Positions 47,537 through 58,337 of a stretch of 64,000 nucleotides of DNA are shown here, piece after piece (within the stretch, counting starts at the first letter, position 1; each line of letters opens with the position of its first letter). The DNA comes from Chlorobiota bacterium. GTDB lineage: Bacteria > Bacteroidota > Ignavibacteria > Kapaibacteriales > HRBIN21. Position numbers and translations under genes: made by a program. The stretch lies in the NCBI GenBank assembly GCA_039630485.1, contig JBCNUX010000001.1:17783-81782 (forward strand), in the 5' to 3' direction. The notes under the pieces were generated by a model that saw only the letters and a program-made list of their open reading frames with translations, did no database searches and was not told the origin of the DNA.

Positions 47537-48478
47537 ATGATGCAGGCCTCAGGCTCGGTTTCTCCCCTTGCACGCCGACACCGAGCCCTGATGAACACCT
47601 CCTTAGGGGTCGGTATCTTGCTGCTCCTTGTAAAGTGGACCGCATACGTGTTAACGGGCTCCGTGGCGATCTTCTCTGACGCTCTGGAGTCTATCGTCCA
47701 CGTAGTTGCTGTAGCTCTGGCATGGTACGCCCTGAGGGTCAGTTTCCGGCCACCAGACCGGGAGCACCCATATGGGCACTTCAAGGTGTCGTACTTCTCC
47801 GCTGGTATGGAGGGGGGGTTGATCATCCTTGCAGCGCTCTTCATCGTTGGCTCTGCAGTGGAGAAGCTCCTCATAGGTGTCTCGCTGGAGCGTCTGGAAT
47901 ACGGCTTGGGGCTGACGTTGTTCACGGTCCTCGTCAACGGCATTCTGGGGACGGCACTTGTACGTGAGGGGAGGCGCTCCCATTCCCCAATCTTGACGGC
48001 AAACGGCAAGCATGTCTTGACCGACGCCTGGACCAGTGGAAGCGCAGTTGCGGGGCTATTGGTGGTTTACGTGACGGGGTTGCAGGTGCTGGATCCGATC
48101 ATAGCCCTCCTCATTGGGGCTAACATCATTCGCGAAGGAGTGCTGCAGGTACGGCAGGCAATCCATGGCCTTATGGACCGAACGAACCCGGAGCTGGAGC
48201 AGCAAGCACTGCAGGCGTTGGAGGCATTCTGCTCTGAGCACGGCTTAAGCTACCACCGCTTCCGCCTTCGGCAAGCAGGCCCACAGGTGCACATCGACTT
48301 CCACCTGCAGTTTGCTAACGGCACCCCGATAGAGCAGGCCCATGCCTTGGCGACTGCCGCGGAACGGCGGATTGCCCAGGCCTTGCCCGTCCGAGCCGAC
48401 ATCGTTTCACACTTGGAGGGAGAGGACCATCCGCCGGTGCACGACGAGCCTATCGAACCTGCTTTACAGCAGAGATGA
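47537..48478 (+). CDS. cation diffusion facilitator (CDF) family transporter
   Basis: Six TM helices with H/D metal sites in TM2 and TM5, and a C-terminal cytoplasmic domain. Confidence 0.85.
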   Translation: MMQASGSVSPLARRHRALMNTSLGVGILLLLVKWTAYVLTGSVAIFSDALESIVHVVAVALAWYALRVSFRPPDREHPYGHFKVSYFSAGMEGGLIILAALFIVGSAVEKLLIGVSLERLEYGLGLTLFTVLVNGILGTALVREGRRSHSPILTANGKHVLTDAWTSGSAVAGLLVVYVTGLQVLDPIIALLIGANIIREGVLQVRQAIHGLMDRTNPELEQQALQALEAFCSEHGLSYHRFRLRQAGPQVHIDFHLQFANGTPIEQAHALATAAERRIAQALPVRADIVSHLEGEDHPPVHDEPIEPALQQR

Positions 48479-48506
48479 TGGATAACCGATGCTGTCGCTG
48501 GCAGCG

Positions 48507-48514
48507 TATTTTTG
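48507..48514 (+). promoter_or_regulatory. candidate -7 promoter element TATTTTTG upstream of sprA-like gene
   Basis: Matches TAnnTTTG, about 118 nt upstream of the ATG. A weak 4-5 bp hairpin precedes it. Confidence 0.25.
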
Positions 48515-48631
48515 CGACGTTTGCAAGAGGGTCTTAGCCACAGTGGAGGAAGCAAGCTGCCCCAGAGCTACTGGCGTAGGTATGGTATTGAACTGGTGGT
48601 GCAGCAATAGGGCGTGGAGTGGTTGGAACTC

Positions 48632-51600
48632 ATGCGGCCTGACAACGGTTGGCTGGGGCGCCACCTCTACCTCGGCGCGCTGGGATTCCTTGCAGTCACA
48701 GTAGGAAGCGGGTCGCTTCAGGCCCAGGAGGATTCTTATCCTTTCTTGTCACGGCAGTCAGTGTGGGAGTACCGCCCAGGAGTAGAGGGAATCGGGCCAG
48801 GGGCACGGCCACTCTGGCAGGAGCGCTACGAGCTAGACACTTCTCTTTGGAGCTGGCGGCGGCGGTTGGTGTACGATGGCATAGAACTCCTGCCCCCAGT
48901 ACGGTGGGACTTTGAGGAGTACTTGCAGTGGCGCCAACGGCTCTGGCGTGACCGGCTGTGGGATTCGTTGTGGCAACAGTACGATATCCGCCTCGCCTAC
49001 TCTCCGCAGGAGCGGAACCAGCTCTTGGGACAGATTGCCACTATCACCATTCCGCTGCCCCCCAGCCCATTGCTGACGATATTCGGCCGGCCGGAGATCA
49101 GCATCTCCGTTGCAGGAGAAGTCAATGTGCGGGCGGGATGGCGCTGGGACTGGCAGCGCTTGGGGACTGCGTCTGCTGTGGGACAGGTACAATCCAGCCC
49201 GATCTTCTCCCAGTCCATCAATGTCAATGTCTCCGGCCGTATCGGCGATAAGGTGCGCCTAGGGGTGGACTGGGGCTCTCAGCGCATGTTTGAGTTTGAC
49301 AACAAGTTCCGCATCGGCTACGAAGGCTACGACGACGATGTCGTTCGCAAGCTGGAGGTTGGTAATGTCAGCTTCCCAACGCCGTCGACGCTCATTAGCG
49401 GGGCACAGGCCCTTTTTGGGATTCGCGCGGATTTCCAGTTTGGTCCGCTGTTTCTGAAGACTGTTGCGTCGCAGAAGCGGGCCGAGCGCCGCACGACACG
49501 CATCCAGGGCGGAGCACTCCGCCAGCGGTTTGCTCTCCGCGCCTACGACTACGCCCGTAACCATTTCCTGCTGGATACGGCATACCGTAGCCTCTACCGG
49601 GAGTACTTCCGCTATGCTATCCCGGTTGTCCCTGCCTCAGCAGCGCCGCTGCGGGTGAAGGAGATTGAAGTGTGGGAGAGCACGACGGATCTGCGCGTCA
49701 CACAGGCAGCGGAAGCCATCGCTTTCGCCGATCTTCCGCCCGTTGGAGTTGGGCAGCGGTATCCCGAGAATCTTAAAACAGCCCAGATCGTAGCTGGCGA
49801 GGTAGAGCGTGGACGGTTCGTGCGCCTGGATACATCACAGTACCGCTTCAACCCGCACCTTGGGGTCCTGACAATCCTCAATCTGCGGCAGGACCGGACG
49901 TATGCAGTGGCGTACCGGATTGAAGGGCCTACGGAGGGGGCTAACGATGACCTTGTCTACGGTACATTTGCTAACACGGCTGGAGAGCGCGATACCCTTG
50001 TGCTGAAGCTTATCACCCGACCCAACCTCCAACCTGGCTTTCGGAGCCTGTGGGCGCGGCAGCTCCGCAACATCTACTCCATCGGCACGCGGAATGTACA
50101 GGACATCAGCGTCCATATCTGGTATGTGCGCCAGAGCAACGACTCTACCGAGGTCATCGAAGGGGTCCCAGACAAGCTGGTGACGATTCTCGGCGTGGAC
50201 CGCGTCAACAATGCGACGGGAGATCCCACTCCCGATGGGGTGTTTGATACTGGACCGCAGTCGCCGTTCTTCAACCCGCAGACGGGGGAGCTGATTTTCC
50301 CGTCGCTAGAGCCTTTTCGCGAGGGATTGCGGGCATACTTCGCGGCTCGGGGGGTGGCTTCGCTAGCGGAGCGCTACGTCTACGGGGCCGTCTACGACAC
50401 GACAGTAGAGGCGGCGCGACTGCAGACGGAACGCGATCGCTTCATCATCGCCGGTGAAGTGACCGGTTCAGCAGGCGCCCGCATTTCGCTGAATGCCTTC
50501 AACTTGGAGCCGGGGAGCGTTCGGGTCTACTTGGACGGTGTTCCTCTCAAAGAAGGGGACGACTACACCGTGCAGTACTACACCGGGGAGGTCATCCTAC
50601 GGAATCCTCGGGCACTGCTGCCGAATGCCAATGTTGAAGTAGAGTACGAGCCGCGGGAATTCGCGGTGCTGGGAGCGCGGACCCTTCTGGGACTGCGCGG
50701 AGACCTTCTGCTAGCGAAGCGGCGGAACCTAACGGTGAACTGGGGCTTTACGACGATGTTCTACCACCAGGCGGCACTCATTGACCGCGTCCGGCTCGGG
50801 GATGAGCCAGTGGCAAACTGGATGCTCGGGACCGATGTAGCACTCCAATGGGAGACTCCCTGGTTGACAAATCTCCTCAACGCCCTACCGCTCGTGGACA
50901 CGAAGGAGAAGTCCCGCCTCAATGTTCGCGCTGAAGTAGCGCAGATGTTCCCGACGCCGAACACCCGCCGCTCGGAGGTAGCCTCCGACCATAATGCCCC
51001 CGTGGTCTACGTTGACGACTTCGAAGGTGCCGATCGCCGCTTTCCGTTAGGAATGCTGCCGGGATACTGGCGCCATGCTGCTCCTCCGGTGGACCCCGGC
51101 ATTGCCCCCGATCCGAAGACGGCCGCTCTCTTCCGCGGGAAGCTCTTCTGGTACCAGTTCTTCCTCCCCGAGACCCCAATCCGGGAGGTCTACCCGAATC
51201 GGGATATCATCCCAGGCCAGAGCAACCTCCGCTCGCTCTACATCGTCTTCCGGCCCGATGAGCGAGGCATCTACAACCCAAACCCGGAGTTCTTGGACAG
51301 CCGCAACCCACGGTTTGACCCTGCCAATGCATTTGCTCAGCGCCCGGAGAACCGGCGCCGCATCTGGGCAGGGATGACGCGATTGCTGTCTTCGTACCCA
51401 CTCAACTTCGATGCGGAGAACTTCGAGTACCTGGAGCTCATGATGCGGATTGAGTACGCCGAGCCGGGAGCTCGGCTCTTCATTGACCTAGGGCAGATCA
51501 GCGAGGATGTTATCCCCAACGGGAAGCTAGACACCGAAGACGGCATTACGTCGGCCGCCCCGCTACCGAACGGCATTCTGGACGCTGGTGAAGACGTTGG

Positions 51601-54600
51601 TGTTGACGGGCTCTCTGACCAGGCGGAGCGCTCTTCTCTGCCCGAGCCGTTGTCGCTGGAAGAGGATCCGGCGCGGGACAACTTTGCTTTCGACTACAGC
51701 AAGGACCCTGGCTTGCTGACGGAGGCTGACTTTGAGCGCTACAACAGCTTCGAGGGCAACTCCCGGTCAGAGCTGGGGCAGTTTCCTGATACCGAGGTCC
51801 TGAACCCTAACAACGGGCAGACACTGACGCTTGAGAACAGCTACTTCAGCTACGAAATCCGCTTGGACCCCAACCCGGCAACCAACCCGCAGATTGTCGG
51901 TGGCGGAAGTAACGGGTGGTACCTCTACCGCATCCCGTTGCGGCGTCCGGATCGGGTGGTGGGCAATCCGCTCTACTCCAACATCCAGTACGTCCGGCTC
52001 TGGGTGAAGGGCGGAGCACTGAAGATACGGATCGCGGATTGGCGGCTTGTGGGAGCACTGTGGCAGCGTCGGCACCCATTCCAGGCTGCGGCAACGGATG
52101 CTGATTCTGTGCTGGAGGTAGCTTTCGTCAATCGAGAGGAGAACAGCGGTCCGCCGGACTACTACACGATGCCGCCTGGTGTCGTGCCTCCACGGCAGTT
52201 GAGCAATCCCGATCCGACGAGGGATATCCGGCTCAATGAGCAGTCGTTGGTCTTGCGAGTGCGTAACCTGCGGTACGGCGATGAGCGCATGGCGGTTCGC
52301 CTCTTCCCGCAACGCTTGGATATGCTCTACTACCGAAAGCTGAAGTTCTTCGTCCACGGCGATGGTAGCATGCCCTTCCGGATTGCGCAGGGGGAGGTAC
52401 CAGCAGGAGAAGTGTTCCTGCGCTTCGGGGTGGACTCGTCGAACTACTACGAGTACCGCCGTCCGCTGCTCCAAGGGTGGCAGGATGTGCAGATAGACCT
52501 CCGGCAGTTGGCAGCTTTGAAGTCGTTGCGGGATTCGCTCTTCCAGGTGGGGATTGTGGAGGCACGCCTTCCTGGGGATGAGCTTGGGCGAGTCCGCATC
52601 CGTGGGAATCCGAGTCTTACGCAAGTGGCCTTCATTGGGGTTGGAATTGCAAACCCGGCCGAGCGCTTCCCAAACCTCCTCACGACGACGGTTTGGATCG
52701 ATGAGCTGCGCCTCACAGAACCGGATGCTCGTCCGGACTGGGCGGGGGTGACGGCCGTTGACCTCCAGCTTGCCGATCTGGGTACGCTCAACTTCAACGC
52801 ATTGCGGATGCAACCGGGCTTCCATCGGCTGGAGGAGCGCTTCGGAGACCGTATCCTCCGCAGCTCTTGGAACGGCAGTGTAACACTGGCCTTGGAGAAG
52901 CTGTTCCCAAAGGAGTGGCGAGAGTTGCGGATTCCGTTCACGTACACCCACTCGGAGCAATTGGAGAAGCCGGCCCTCTTCCCGCAGAACGACGTCCCAG
53001 TCGAGGAGGCAGCCGAGATTGTGCGACAGCAACGCCTGCGGCAGGGAGCAACGCCACAAGCGGCCACCACGGCGGCCGAAGAGCTGCGTCGGAGGAGCCA
53101 GACGCTGCGCGTCCAGGATAGCTGGGCCATCACTGGACTCCGTCCGGGTATTCCCAGCTCGCTGTGGTGGGTCCGGGACATCTTCAATCGCTTCACGGTT
53201 GGCTACTCCTACGCCCAGGAGTTTGAGCGTTCGCCACAGGTGGCGGAGCGCTTCCGCTGGCGCTGGAACTTGACCGTGCAGTATGCTCTGCAGATGCAGC
53301 CGCTGCTGACGCTACAGCCCCTTGGCTGGGGCACGAGGGTTCCGTTGGTGAGCGAGTTCACTGGCTGGCGCTTGAATCCTTGGCCAACCAATATCGGGTT
53401 CGGGCTGACGATGACTCGAGGGCGACAGACCGAACAGCTCCGGGATGTTCCCTTCCCAAGCCCCGTTGTACGGGAGTTTACGGCACAGCAGCAGTTCCAG
53501 TCTTCTTGGCGTCTGAGCGAGGGGGGACTCCTCAACCCAACGGTGGACTACTCGTTGACGACCAACAGCACTCTCGTCCCGTTGGAAGTGGACCCCGTCA
53601 CTGGGCGACAGCGTACAGGTCGGGAAATCTTCCGGCAGATGCTCTTCCGGAACGGAAGACCGCTGTACCTCGGCGAGGAGACTTCCCTCCGGCAGAACGT
53701 CACGGTCAACTTCCGACCGCGGCTGGCGGAGCTCCTACGACTGCAACGCTTCCTCGACATGAGCGGGTCCTACACTGTAACGTACTCCTGGACCGACCCA
53801 CGACAGCCCGACCCCGCAATCCGCGATATCGTCAAGCAGGCACAATGGCAGAGCTCCTTCCGCTGGAATACAGCCCTCCGAGTCAAGCAGATGGCCGAGT
53901 CGTGGTTCGGCAAGGTCCCTACCGGAGATACACCGACAGTCGTGCAACGAGCGCTCCGCATCCTCCGCAGCGCCCTCCTAGACTACGACAACGTGCAGAT
54001 CAACTTCCAGCAGGACAACTCTTCGCTCAACCCGGGCGTACTCGGCGGCACAGGACTGACGAACTTCTGGCTGCGGACGCTCCTCTTCCGTCCGGAGCGC
54101 CCGCTCTATGGTCCGTCGATGGGGTATCAGTTGGGGTTGCTGGCTAGTCCACACGGCAGCATCCGGATTGTCCGGAGCGAACGCTTCCCGTTCTTTGGCT
54201 TTGCAACGACGCTCGGTCTCCGTCCGCCTCAGGCTGTACTCCAGGAGAACTTCGCACAGCGCAGCATACTCGACATTCGGACTTCGCGTCCGCTCTGGGA
54301 AGGGGCAACGCTGACGCTCTCGTGGAAGAGCGAATTCGCGTACAACCGGAATTGGACGCTCCAGACCGACGCTAATGGCGTACCGACCCCAACGGCCGTC
54401 GTGGTGACGAATTCGTACAGCCGGACGGCGCTCTTCCTGCCCCCGTTCTTGGTCCTGGCGATCTTCCGCAACTCCCACGAGCGGGTACTACAGCTCTACG
54501 AGCAGCGCCGACAAGCAATTGTGGCTGCTGTGGCAGACACGGTACAACGGAACACTCGCCTCCAGCAAGCCCTGGCAGAGTCCTTCCGGGAAGGGCTGGA

Positions 54601-55294
54601 GAGCTTCCGATGGTATCCTGGAGCGCTGGCACTCATCATGCCACGGGTCAACTGGATTCTCCGCTGGGACGGACTGGAGAAGTGGGGCATATTCCGCAGC
54701 ATTGGGGCGCAGCGTGTGTCGCTGGACCATTCGTATGCGGCAACCTATCGGGAGAACACTCGTCTGACAGACCGAGGCCGGACGATAGATGCACAGTCCA
54801 TAGAGGCGAACTTCCAGCCCTTCTTGGGGGTGAATGTCAACTTCGACGAGAAAGCCTTCGGCGGGCCGGCGACGGCGATCTTACGCTACAACCTACGGTA
54901 TGGCTACCAGTTAGGTGCGGCAGCTCGATCGCTCCAGCGCCAGGTCTCACACGAGTTCTCGCTCCAACTCAACCACACACGGCGGGGCTTGGTGGTGCCT
55001 CTGATTGGAACAGAGCTCAAGAACGATGTAGAGTTCAGCCTCTTGGCTTCGGTTCGCCGCAACCTCACCTCTTCGCACGACGTCTTCCGCTCCGGTGGGG
55101 ACCAGGGCTTGCGGGTGGATGGAAGCACGCAGGTTTCCGTAGAGCCCCGAGCCCGCTATACGATCAGCCAGCGCTTGACGGCAACGCTCTTCATGCGCTA
55201 CGATGGTGTCTTCAATGAAGGGGCGGCTCAGCCCGGTTATAGTACCTTCCAGATGGGCGTAGACATCCGGCTGGGCATCTCCGGAGGGCGGTAA
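48632..55294 (+). CDS. sprA: SprA/Sov-like type IX secretion translocon (giant outer-membrane beta-barrel protein)
   Basis: About 2,220 aa, a size unusual outside the SprA/Sov family. Signal peptide MRPDNGWLGRHLYLGALGFLAVTVGSGSLQAQ. Beta-rich sequence with alternating aromatic residues throughout. A T9SS C-terminal-sorting-domain cargo gene lies in the same window. Assignment is from recall of family architecture, not an alignment. Confidence 0.65.
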   Translation: MRPDNGWLGRHLYLGALGFLAVTVGSGSLQAQEDSYPFLSRQSVWEYRPGVEGIGPGARPLWQERYELDTSLWSWRRRLVYDGIELLPPVRWDFEEYLQWRQRLWRDRLWDSLWQQYDIRLAYSPQERNQLLGQIATITIPLPPSPLLTIFGRPEISISVAGEVNVRAGWRWDWQRLGTASAVGQVQSSPIFSQSINVNVSGRIGDKVRLGVDWGSQRMFEFDNKFRIGYEGYDDDVVRKLEVGNVSFPTPSTLISGAQALFGIRADFQFGPLFLKTVASQKRAERRTTRIQGGALRQRFALRAYDYARNHFLLDTAYRSLYREYFRYAIPVVPASAAPLRVKEIEVWESTTDLRVTQAAEAIAFADLPPVGVGQRYPENLKTAQIVAGEVERGRFVRLDTSQYRFNPHLGVLTILNLRQDRTYAVAYRIEGPTEGANDDLVYGTFANTAGERDTLVLKLITRPNLQPGFRSLWARQLRNIYSIGTRNVQDISVHIWYVRQSNDSTEVIEGVPDKLVTILGVDRVNNATGDPTPDGVFDTGPQSPFFNPQTGELIFPSLEPFREGLRAYFAARGVASLAERYVYGAVYDTTVEAARLQTERDRFIIAGEVTGSAGARISLNAFNLEPGSVRVYLDGVPLKEGDDYTVQYYTGEVILRNPRALLPNANVEVEYEPREFAVLGARTLLGLRGDLLLAKRRNLTVNWGFTTMFYHQAALIDRVRLGDEPVANWMLGTDVALQWETPWLTNLLNALPLVDTKEKSRLNVRAEVAQMFPTPNTRRSEVASDHNAPVVYVDDFEGADRRFPLGMLPGYWRHAAPPVDPGIAPDPKTAALFRGKLFWYQFFLPETPIREVYPNRDIIPGQSNLRSLYIVFRPDERGIYNPNPEFLDSRNPRFDPANAFAQRPENRRRIWAGMTRLLSSYPLNFDAENFEYLELMMRIEYAEPGARLFIDLGQISEDVIPNGKLDTEDGITSAAPLPNGILDAGEDVGVDGLSDQAERSSLPEPLSLEEDPARDNFAFDYSKDPGLLTEADFERYNSFEGNSRSELGQFPDTEVLNPNNGQTLTLENSYFSYEIRLDPNPATNPQIVGGGSNGWYLYRIPLRRPDRVVGNPLYSNIQYVRLWVKGGALKIRIADWRLVGALWQRRHPFQAAATDADSVLEVAFVNREENSGPPDYYTMPPGVVPPRQLSNPDPTRDIRLNEQSLVLRVRNLRYGDERMAVRLFPQRLDMLYYRKLKFFVHGDGSMPFRIAQGEVPAGEVFLRFGVDSSNYYEYRRPLLQGWQDVQIDLRQLAALKSLRDSLFQVGIVEARLPGDELGRVRIRGNPSLTQVAFIGVGIANPAERFPNLLTTTVWIDELRLTEPDARPDWAGVTAVDLQLADLGTLNFNALRMQPGFHRLEERFGDRILRSSWNGSVTLALEKLFPKEWRELRIPFTYTHSEQLEKPALFPQNDVPVEEAAEIVRQQRLRQGATPQAATTAAEELRRRSQTLRVQDSWAITGLRPGIPSSLWWVRDIFNRFTVGYSYAQEFERSPQVAERFRWRWNLTVQYALQMQPLLTLQPLGWGTRVPLVSEFTGWRLNPWPTNIGFGLTMTRGRQTEQLRDVPFPSPVVREFTAQQQFQSSWRLSEGGLLNPTVDYSLTTNSTLVPLEVDPVTGRQRTGREIFRQMLFRNGRPLYLGEETSLRQNVTVNFRPRLAELLRLQRFLDMSGSYTVTYSWTDPRQPDPAIRDIVKQAQWQSSFRWNTALRVKQMAESWFGKVPTGDTPTVVQRALRILRSALLDYDNVQINFQQDNSSLNPGVLGGTGLTNFWLRTLLFRPERPLYGPSMGYQLGLLASPHGSIRIVRSERFPFFGFATTLGLRPPQAVLQENFAQRSILDIRTSRPLWEGATLTLSWKSEFAYNRNWTLQTDANGVPTPTAVVVTNSYSRTALFLPPFLVLAIFRNSHERVLQLYEQRRQAIVAAVADTVQRNTRLQQALAESFREGLESFRWYPGALALIMPRVNWILRWDGLEKWGIFRSIGAQRVSLDHSYAATYRENTRLTDRGRTIDAQSIEANFQPFLGVNVNFDEKAFGGPATAILRYNLRYGYQLGAAARSLQRQVSHEFSLQLNHTRRGLVVPLIGTELKNDVEFSLLASVRRNLTSSHDVFRSGGDQGLRVDGSTQVSVEPRARYTISQRLTATLFMRYDGVFNEGAAQPGYSTFQMGVDIRLGISGGR

Positions 55295-55334
55295 GCGGTA
55301 GGCCTTTCTATTTTCGCACCCCGACACTTCGCGC

Positions 55335-55541
55335 TTGGCGATGGGGCCTGCTGTGGCCTTGGTAGGAGTGTGGTGGATTGGGAGCATTGCCCTGTGGCTC
55401 TGGGGTATGCAGACGCCGCTACTGCTGGGGCTACCGCCCTGGATTTGGGGAGCGATCGTGTGGCAGTTGATACTCTCCGCGCTACTGAGTTGGATTGGGC
55501 GGCGGATGGTGGAGGCGGTACGGGAGTCGCATGGCGCTTGA
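55335..55541 (+). CDS. DUF3311-like small membrane protein
   Basis: 68 aa with two TM helices, directly upstream of and overlapping the sodium:solute symporter, which is the usual DUF3311 arrangement. Confidence 0.5.
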   Translation: MAMGPAVALVGVWWIGSIALWLWGMQTPLLLGLPPWIWGAIVWQLILSALLSWIGRRMVEAVRESHGA

Positions 55542-56973
55542 AGCTGTTCTCGTCGTCCTCGGGTACCTGGTGCTGAACCTCGTCGTTGGACTCTGGGCAG
55601 CAGCTCGTCAGCGGAGTGGAGTGGAGGAGTACTTCTTGGCGGGGCGACGCCTGTCGCCGTTGGTGCTCTTCTTCACGATGGTGGCAACGAACTTCAGCGC
55701 CTTCTTCTTCCTTGGCTTCGCCGGGGCAGGGTATCGGATCGGGCTGTCCTACTACGCAATGATGGCTTTGGGGACAGCCCTGGTGGGGAGTACTTTCCTC
55801 TTCGTGGGGTATCCTGCCTGGCGTCTGGGGCGGGAGTTGGGAGCAGTGACGCCGGCCGAGCTCGTGGGGATTCGCATGCAGAGTACGGCGCTGCGTGTGC
55901 TGTGTGCTGCTGTCTGGCTCCTCTTCACCGTGCCGTACATCGCTATCCAGCCTATCGGGGCGGGGTACTTGCTGTCGCAGTTGACGGACAACGCGGTGCC
56001 GTACTACGCAGGAGCGGTGTTGCTGAGCGCCCTCGTTGTGGGGTACGTGTTCCTCGGGGGGATGCGGAGCGTCGCTTGGACTGACGTGCTACAAGGCCTG
56101 CTCATGATAGGGGTCAGTTTTGCAGCGCTTTGGTTCGTAGCCGCTCGCTGGGGAGGGATTGAACAAGCGAACGCGTTGCTGCTGAGCAGGGATCCGTCCT
56201 TCTTCAGCGCCCAAGGTGCTGGAGGATTCTTCACGCTGCCGGTGTGGATCAGCTACTCGCTCTTGTGGCTCCTCAGCGTGCCGATGTTCCCGCAGATGTT
56301 CGTGCGCTTCCTGGCTGCTCGGAACTTGGAAGGATTGCGGCTGACGGCGGTGCTATACCCCGTTGTGACGGCGTTCCTCTTCCTGGCACCGGTACTCATT
56401 GGGCTGTGGGGACATCTGGAGCTGCCTCCGCTGGGGGAGCGGGAGAGCGACCAAGTGCTGCCGATGCTGCTCGGGAAGATCGCACCAGAGTGGTTCGCTG
56501 CATTGGTAGGGGTTGGCGCACTGGCAGCCTTTATGTCTACGATGGATTCGCAACTGCTGGTCCTAAGCTCGCTGTTGACGCGTGACATCTACGCGGTGCT
56601 GCGTCCTCGGGCGAGCTTGAGAGAACAGACCTGGGTAGGGCGCATCTTGGTGGTTGTCCTCGCCATTGCTGGATTGGCGATTGCATGGGCTCCGCCGGCC
56701 ACCCTCTTTGCAATTGCAACGCATGCGTTTTCGGGCTTTGCGGCGCTCTTTCCAGTAGTGGTCTGCTCGCTGTACGCGCGGCGGCCGTACCCGCGGAGCT
56801 GCATTGCTGCAGTCATTGCTGGAGAAGGGCTGCTGGCGGGGTTCTATACAGGGCTGGTACGGCCGGAGTGGTTCGGTGGCTTCCTGCCGGTTGTGCCAGT
56901 GGTGGGGATAGCGGCGGCAGTAATGTTCGTAGGCATGGTGATAGAGCGTCGGCGCGTGGAGCAGACGGCATGA
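55531..56973 (+). CDS. sodium:solute symporter family transporter
   Basis: EYFLAGRRLSP sodium:solute symporter family (SSF) N-terminal motif and 13 predicted TM helices. Start set at MALEAVLVVLGYL. Confidence 0.85.
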   Translation: MALEAVLVVLGYLVLNLVVGLWAAARQRSGVEEYFLAGRRLSPLVLFFTMVATNFSAFFFLGFAGAGYRIGLSYYAMMALGTALVGSTFLFVGYPAWRLGRELGAVTPAELVGIRMQSTALRVLCAAVWLLFTVPYIAIQPIGAGYLLSQLTDNAVPYYAGAVLLSALVVGYVFLGGMRSVAWTDVLQGLLMIGVSFAALWFVAARWGGIEQANALLLSRDPSFFSAQGAGGFFTLPVWISYSLLWLLSVPMFPQMFVRFLAARNLEGLRLTAVLYPVVTAFLFLAPVLIGLWGHLELPPLGERESDQVLPMLLGKIAPEWFAALVGVGALAAFMSTMDSQLLVLSSLLTRDIYAVLRPRASLREQTWVGRILVVVLAIAGLAIAWAPPATLFAIATHAFSGFAALFPVVVCSLYARRPYPRSCIAAVIAGEGLLAGFYTGLVRPEWFGGFLPVVPVVGIAAAVMFVGMVIERRRVEQTA

Positions 56974-58337
56974 AGGTGTGGGAAGTCGTTGGAGAGGTTG
57001 AATCGGCGAGTCGTCAACTGAGCGAAGCGCTCCGGAGAGGGCGCCCTGTAGTGCTCTTACCGTGGGCACATCCTCTCCTGTTGCCCGACTTTCAGCCTCC
57101 GTTTGATTGGCAGCAAACTCCCGGCCAGCGGCATCCTCTGCACAAAAGCCTCTTCTTTCGCCTCTTGCGGAGCACCCCGCGGTGGGATCCAGAGAAGCCG
57201 ATACCGGGTGATCAGATCCGCTCGGTGGTTGTGTTCCGCTACGATGCTATCGGGGATTACGTGGTAACGACGCCGCTCCTCCGCTGGTTGCGTCAAGGCC
57301 TGCCACAAGCACGGTTGACAGTGCTCAGTTCTACTCGCAACGATGCACTCATCGCTCAAGACCCGCACGTAGATGAGCATCTGCCGATCCATCCGACACA
57401 CACGGTGCATCCATCATGGATTAAGGCGATATGGAGCCTGCGTCGTGACCACGACGTGGTGTTTGGGCTAGTCTTTACCCACATGAGCAGGGCAGCGTTC
57501 CTTGCACGGGCAATCGCTCCAACAGCAGAGTACGTAGTCCCGCTCCACTGGGAGCGGGCTAGGCTTTACGGGCTTGTATTCCATCGCCAGATTGAGTATC
57601 ATCCGTGGAAGCAGCACTGGGCTCAGGCGTTGCTGCTGATGGGGCAGCGTTCTATCTCGCCATGCGTAGCTGTTGAGCCCTCCACGGGCTTGTATGTTCC
57701 CGTCTCTGCGGATGCCTGCCAACGTGTATGGGAGGTCCTCCAACGGCAGGGGATTGGTACCACTCCGCCTGCGGCTCCAGTCGTCTGGGCGCGAGGTTCA
57801 CGTCCCCTGGAGTGGCAGGCATTGCCAGGAAACCCGTATGTGGTGTTGAATCTCTCCGCCCACAGCAAGGAGCGCATGTGGTTAGTGCACCATGCATTGA
57901 TAGTGTGTCGTGAACTCCTTCAGCGCTTCCCAGATGTAGTGGTGTTCGTCACAGCGGCACCGCGCGACCGTGCGATGGCAGAAGAGCTGGTACGCCAGGT
58001 CCAGCATCCTCGCTGCCGAATGTTCACCGACGGTCTCTCAGAATTCGTCGCCCTAATTGCCGGGGCTGCTTGGGTGCTGTCGCCCGATACAGGACCTGTC
58101 CACATAGCCTCAGCTCTCGGAAAGCCTATAGTTGGACTGTACGGGGAGCTCTTCAAGATTGTTGGATGGCATCCGTTTAAGGCCCCCTTCGTAGCGGTGG
58201 TGAGTGCAACAATGGAGGGCATCACATTCGCTCCGCCTGGTGCAGTGGTGGAGGCGGTGGAACTGCTACTGCAAGAGGTCATTCCACGGGGGTTTGTGCT
58301 GCCACAGGAGATGCAGCCCATATCAGCAGGCTCGTGA
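56970..58337 (+). CDS. glycosyltransferase family 9 (heptosyltransferase-like), second paralog
   Basis: VVVFRYDAIGDYVVTTPLLRWL and C-terminal SPDTGPVHIASALG GT9 motifs. Start at MKVWEVV in an ATGA overlap with the symporter stop. The Cys/Ala-rich 95-aa extension in the ORF track was rejected. Confidence 0.8.
   Translation: MKVWEVVGEVESASRQLSEALRRGRPVVLLPWAHPLLLPDFQPPFDWQQTPGQRHPLHKSLFFRLLRSTPRWDPEKPIPGDQIRSVVVFRYDAIGDYVVTTPLLRWLRQGLPQARLTVLSSTRNDALIAQDPHVDEHLPIHPTHTVHPSWIKAIWSLRRDHDVVFGLVFTHMSRAAFLARAIAPTAEYVVPLHWERARLYGLVFHRQIEYHPWKQHWAQALLLMGQRSISPCVAVEPSTGLYVPVSADACQRVWEVLQRQGIGTTPPAAPVVWARGSRPLEWQALPGNPYVVLNLSAHSKERMWLVHHALIVCRELLQRFPDVVVFVTAAPRDRAMAEELVRQVQHPRCRMFTDGLSEFVALIAGAAWVLSPDTGPVHIASALGKPIVGLYGELFKIVGWHPFKAPFVAVVSATMEGITFAPPGAVVEAVELLLQEVIPRGFVLPQEMQPISAGS

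Noticed and set aside
51767-53059. 430-aa and 249-aa minus-strand ORFs (and a 255-aa plus-strand alternate-frame ORF at 53380-54147) inside the SprA-like gene
   Set aside because: All are nested in the 2,220-aa ORF, have low-complexity compositions, and lack signal or motif features. They are treated as artefacts of high GC.
56685-56969. 95-aa Cys/Ala/Gly-rich N-terminal extension on the second GT9 ORF
   Set aside because: It overlaps the 3' end of the symporter gene in another frame. The conserved GT9 sequence starts at MKVWEVV, in an ATGA overlap with the symporter stop.
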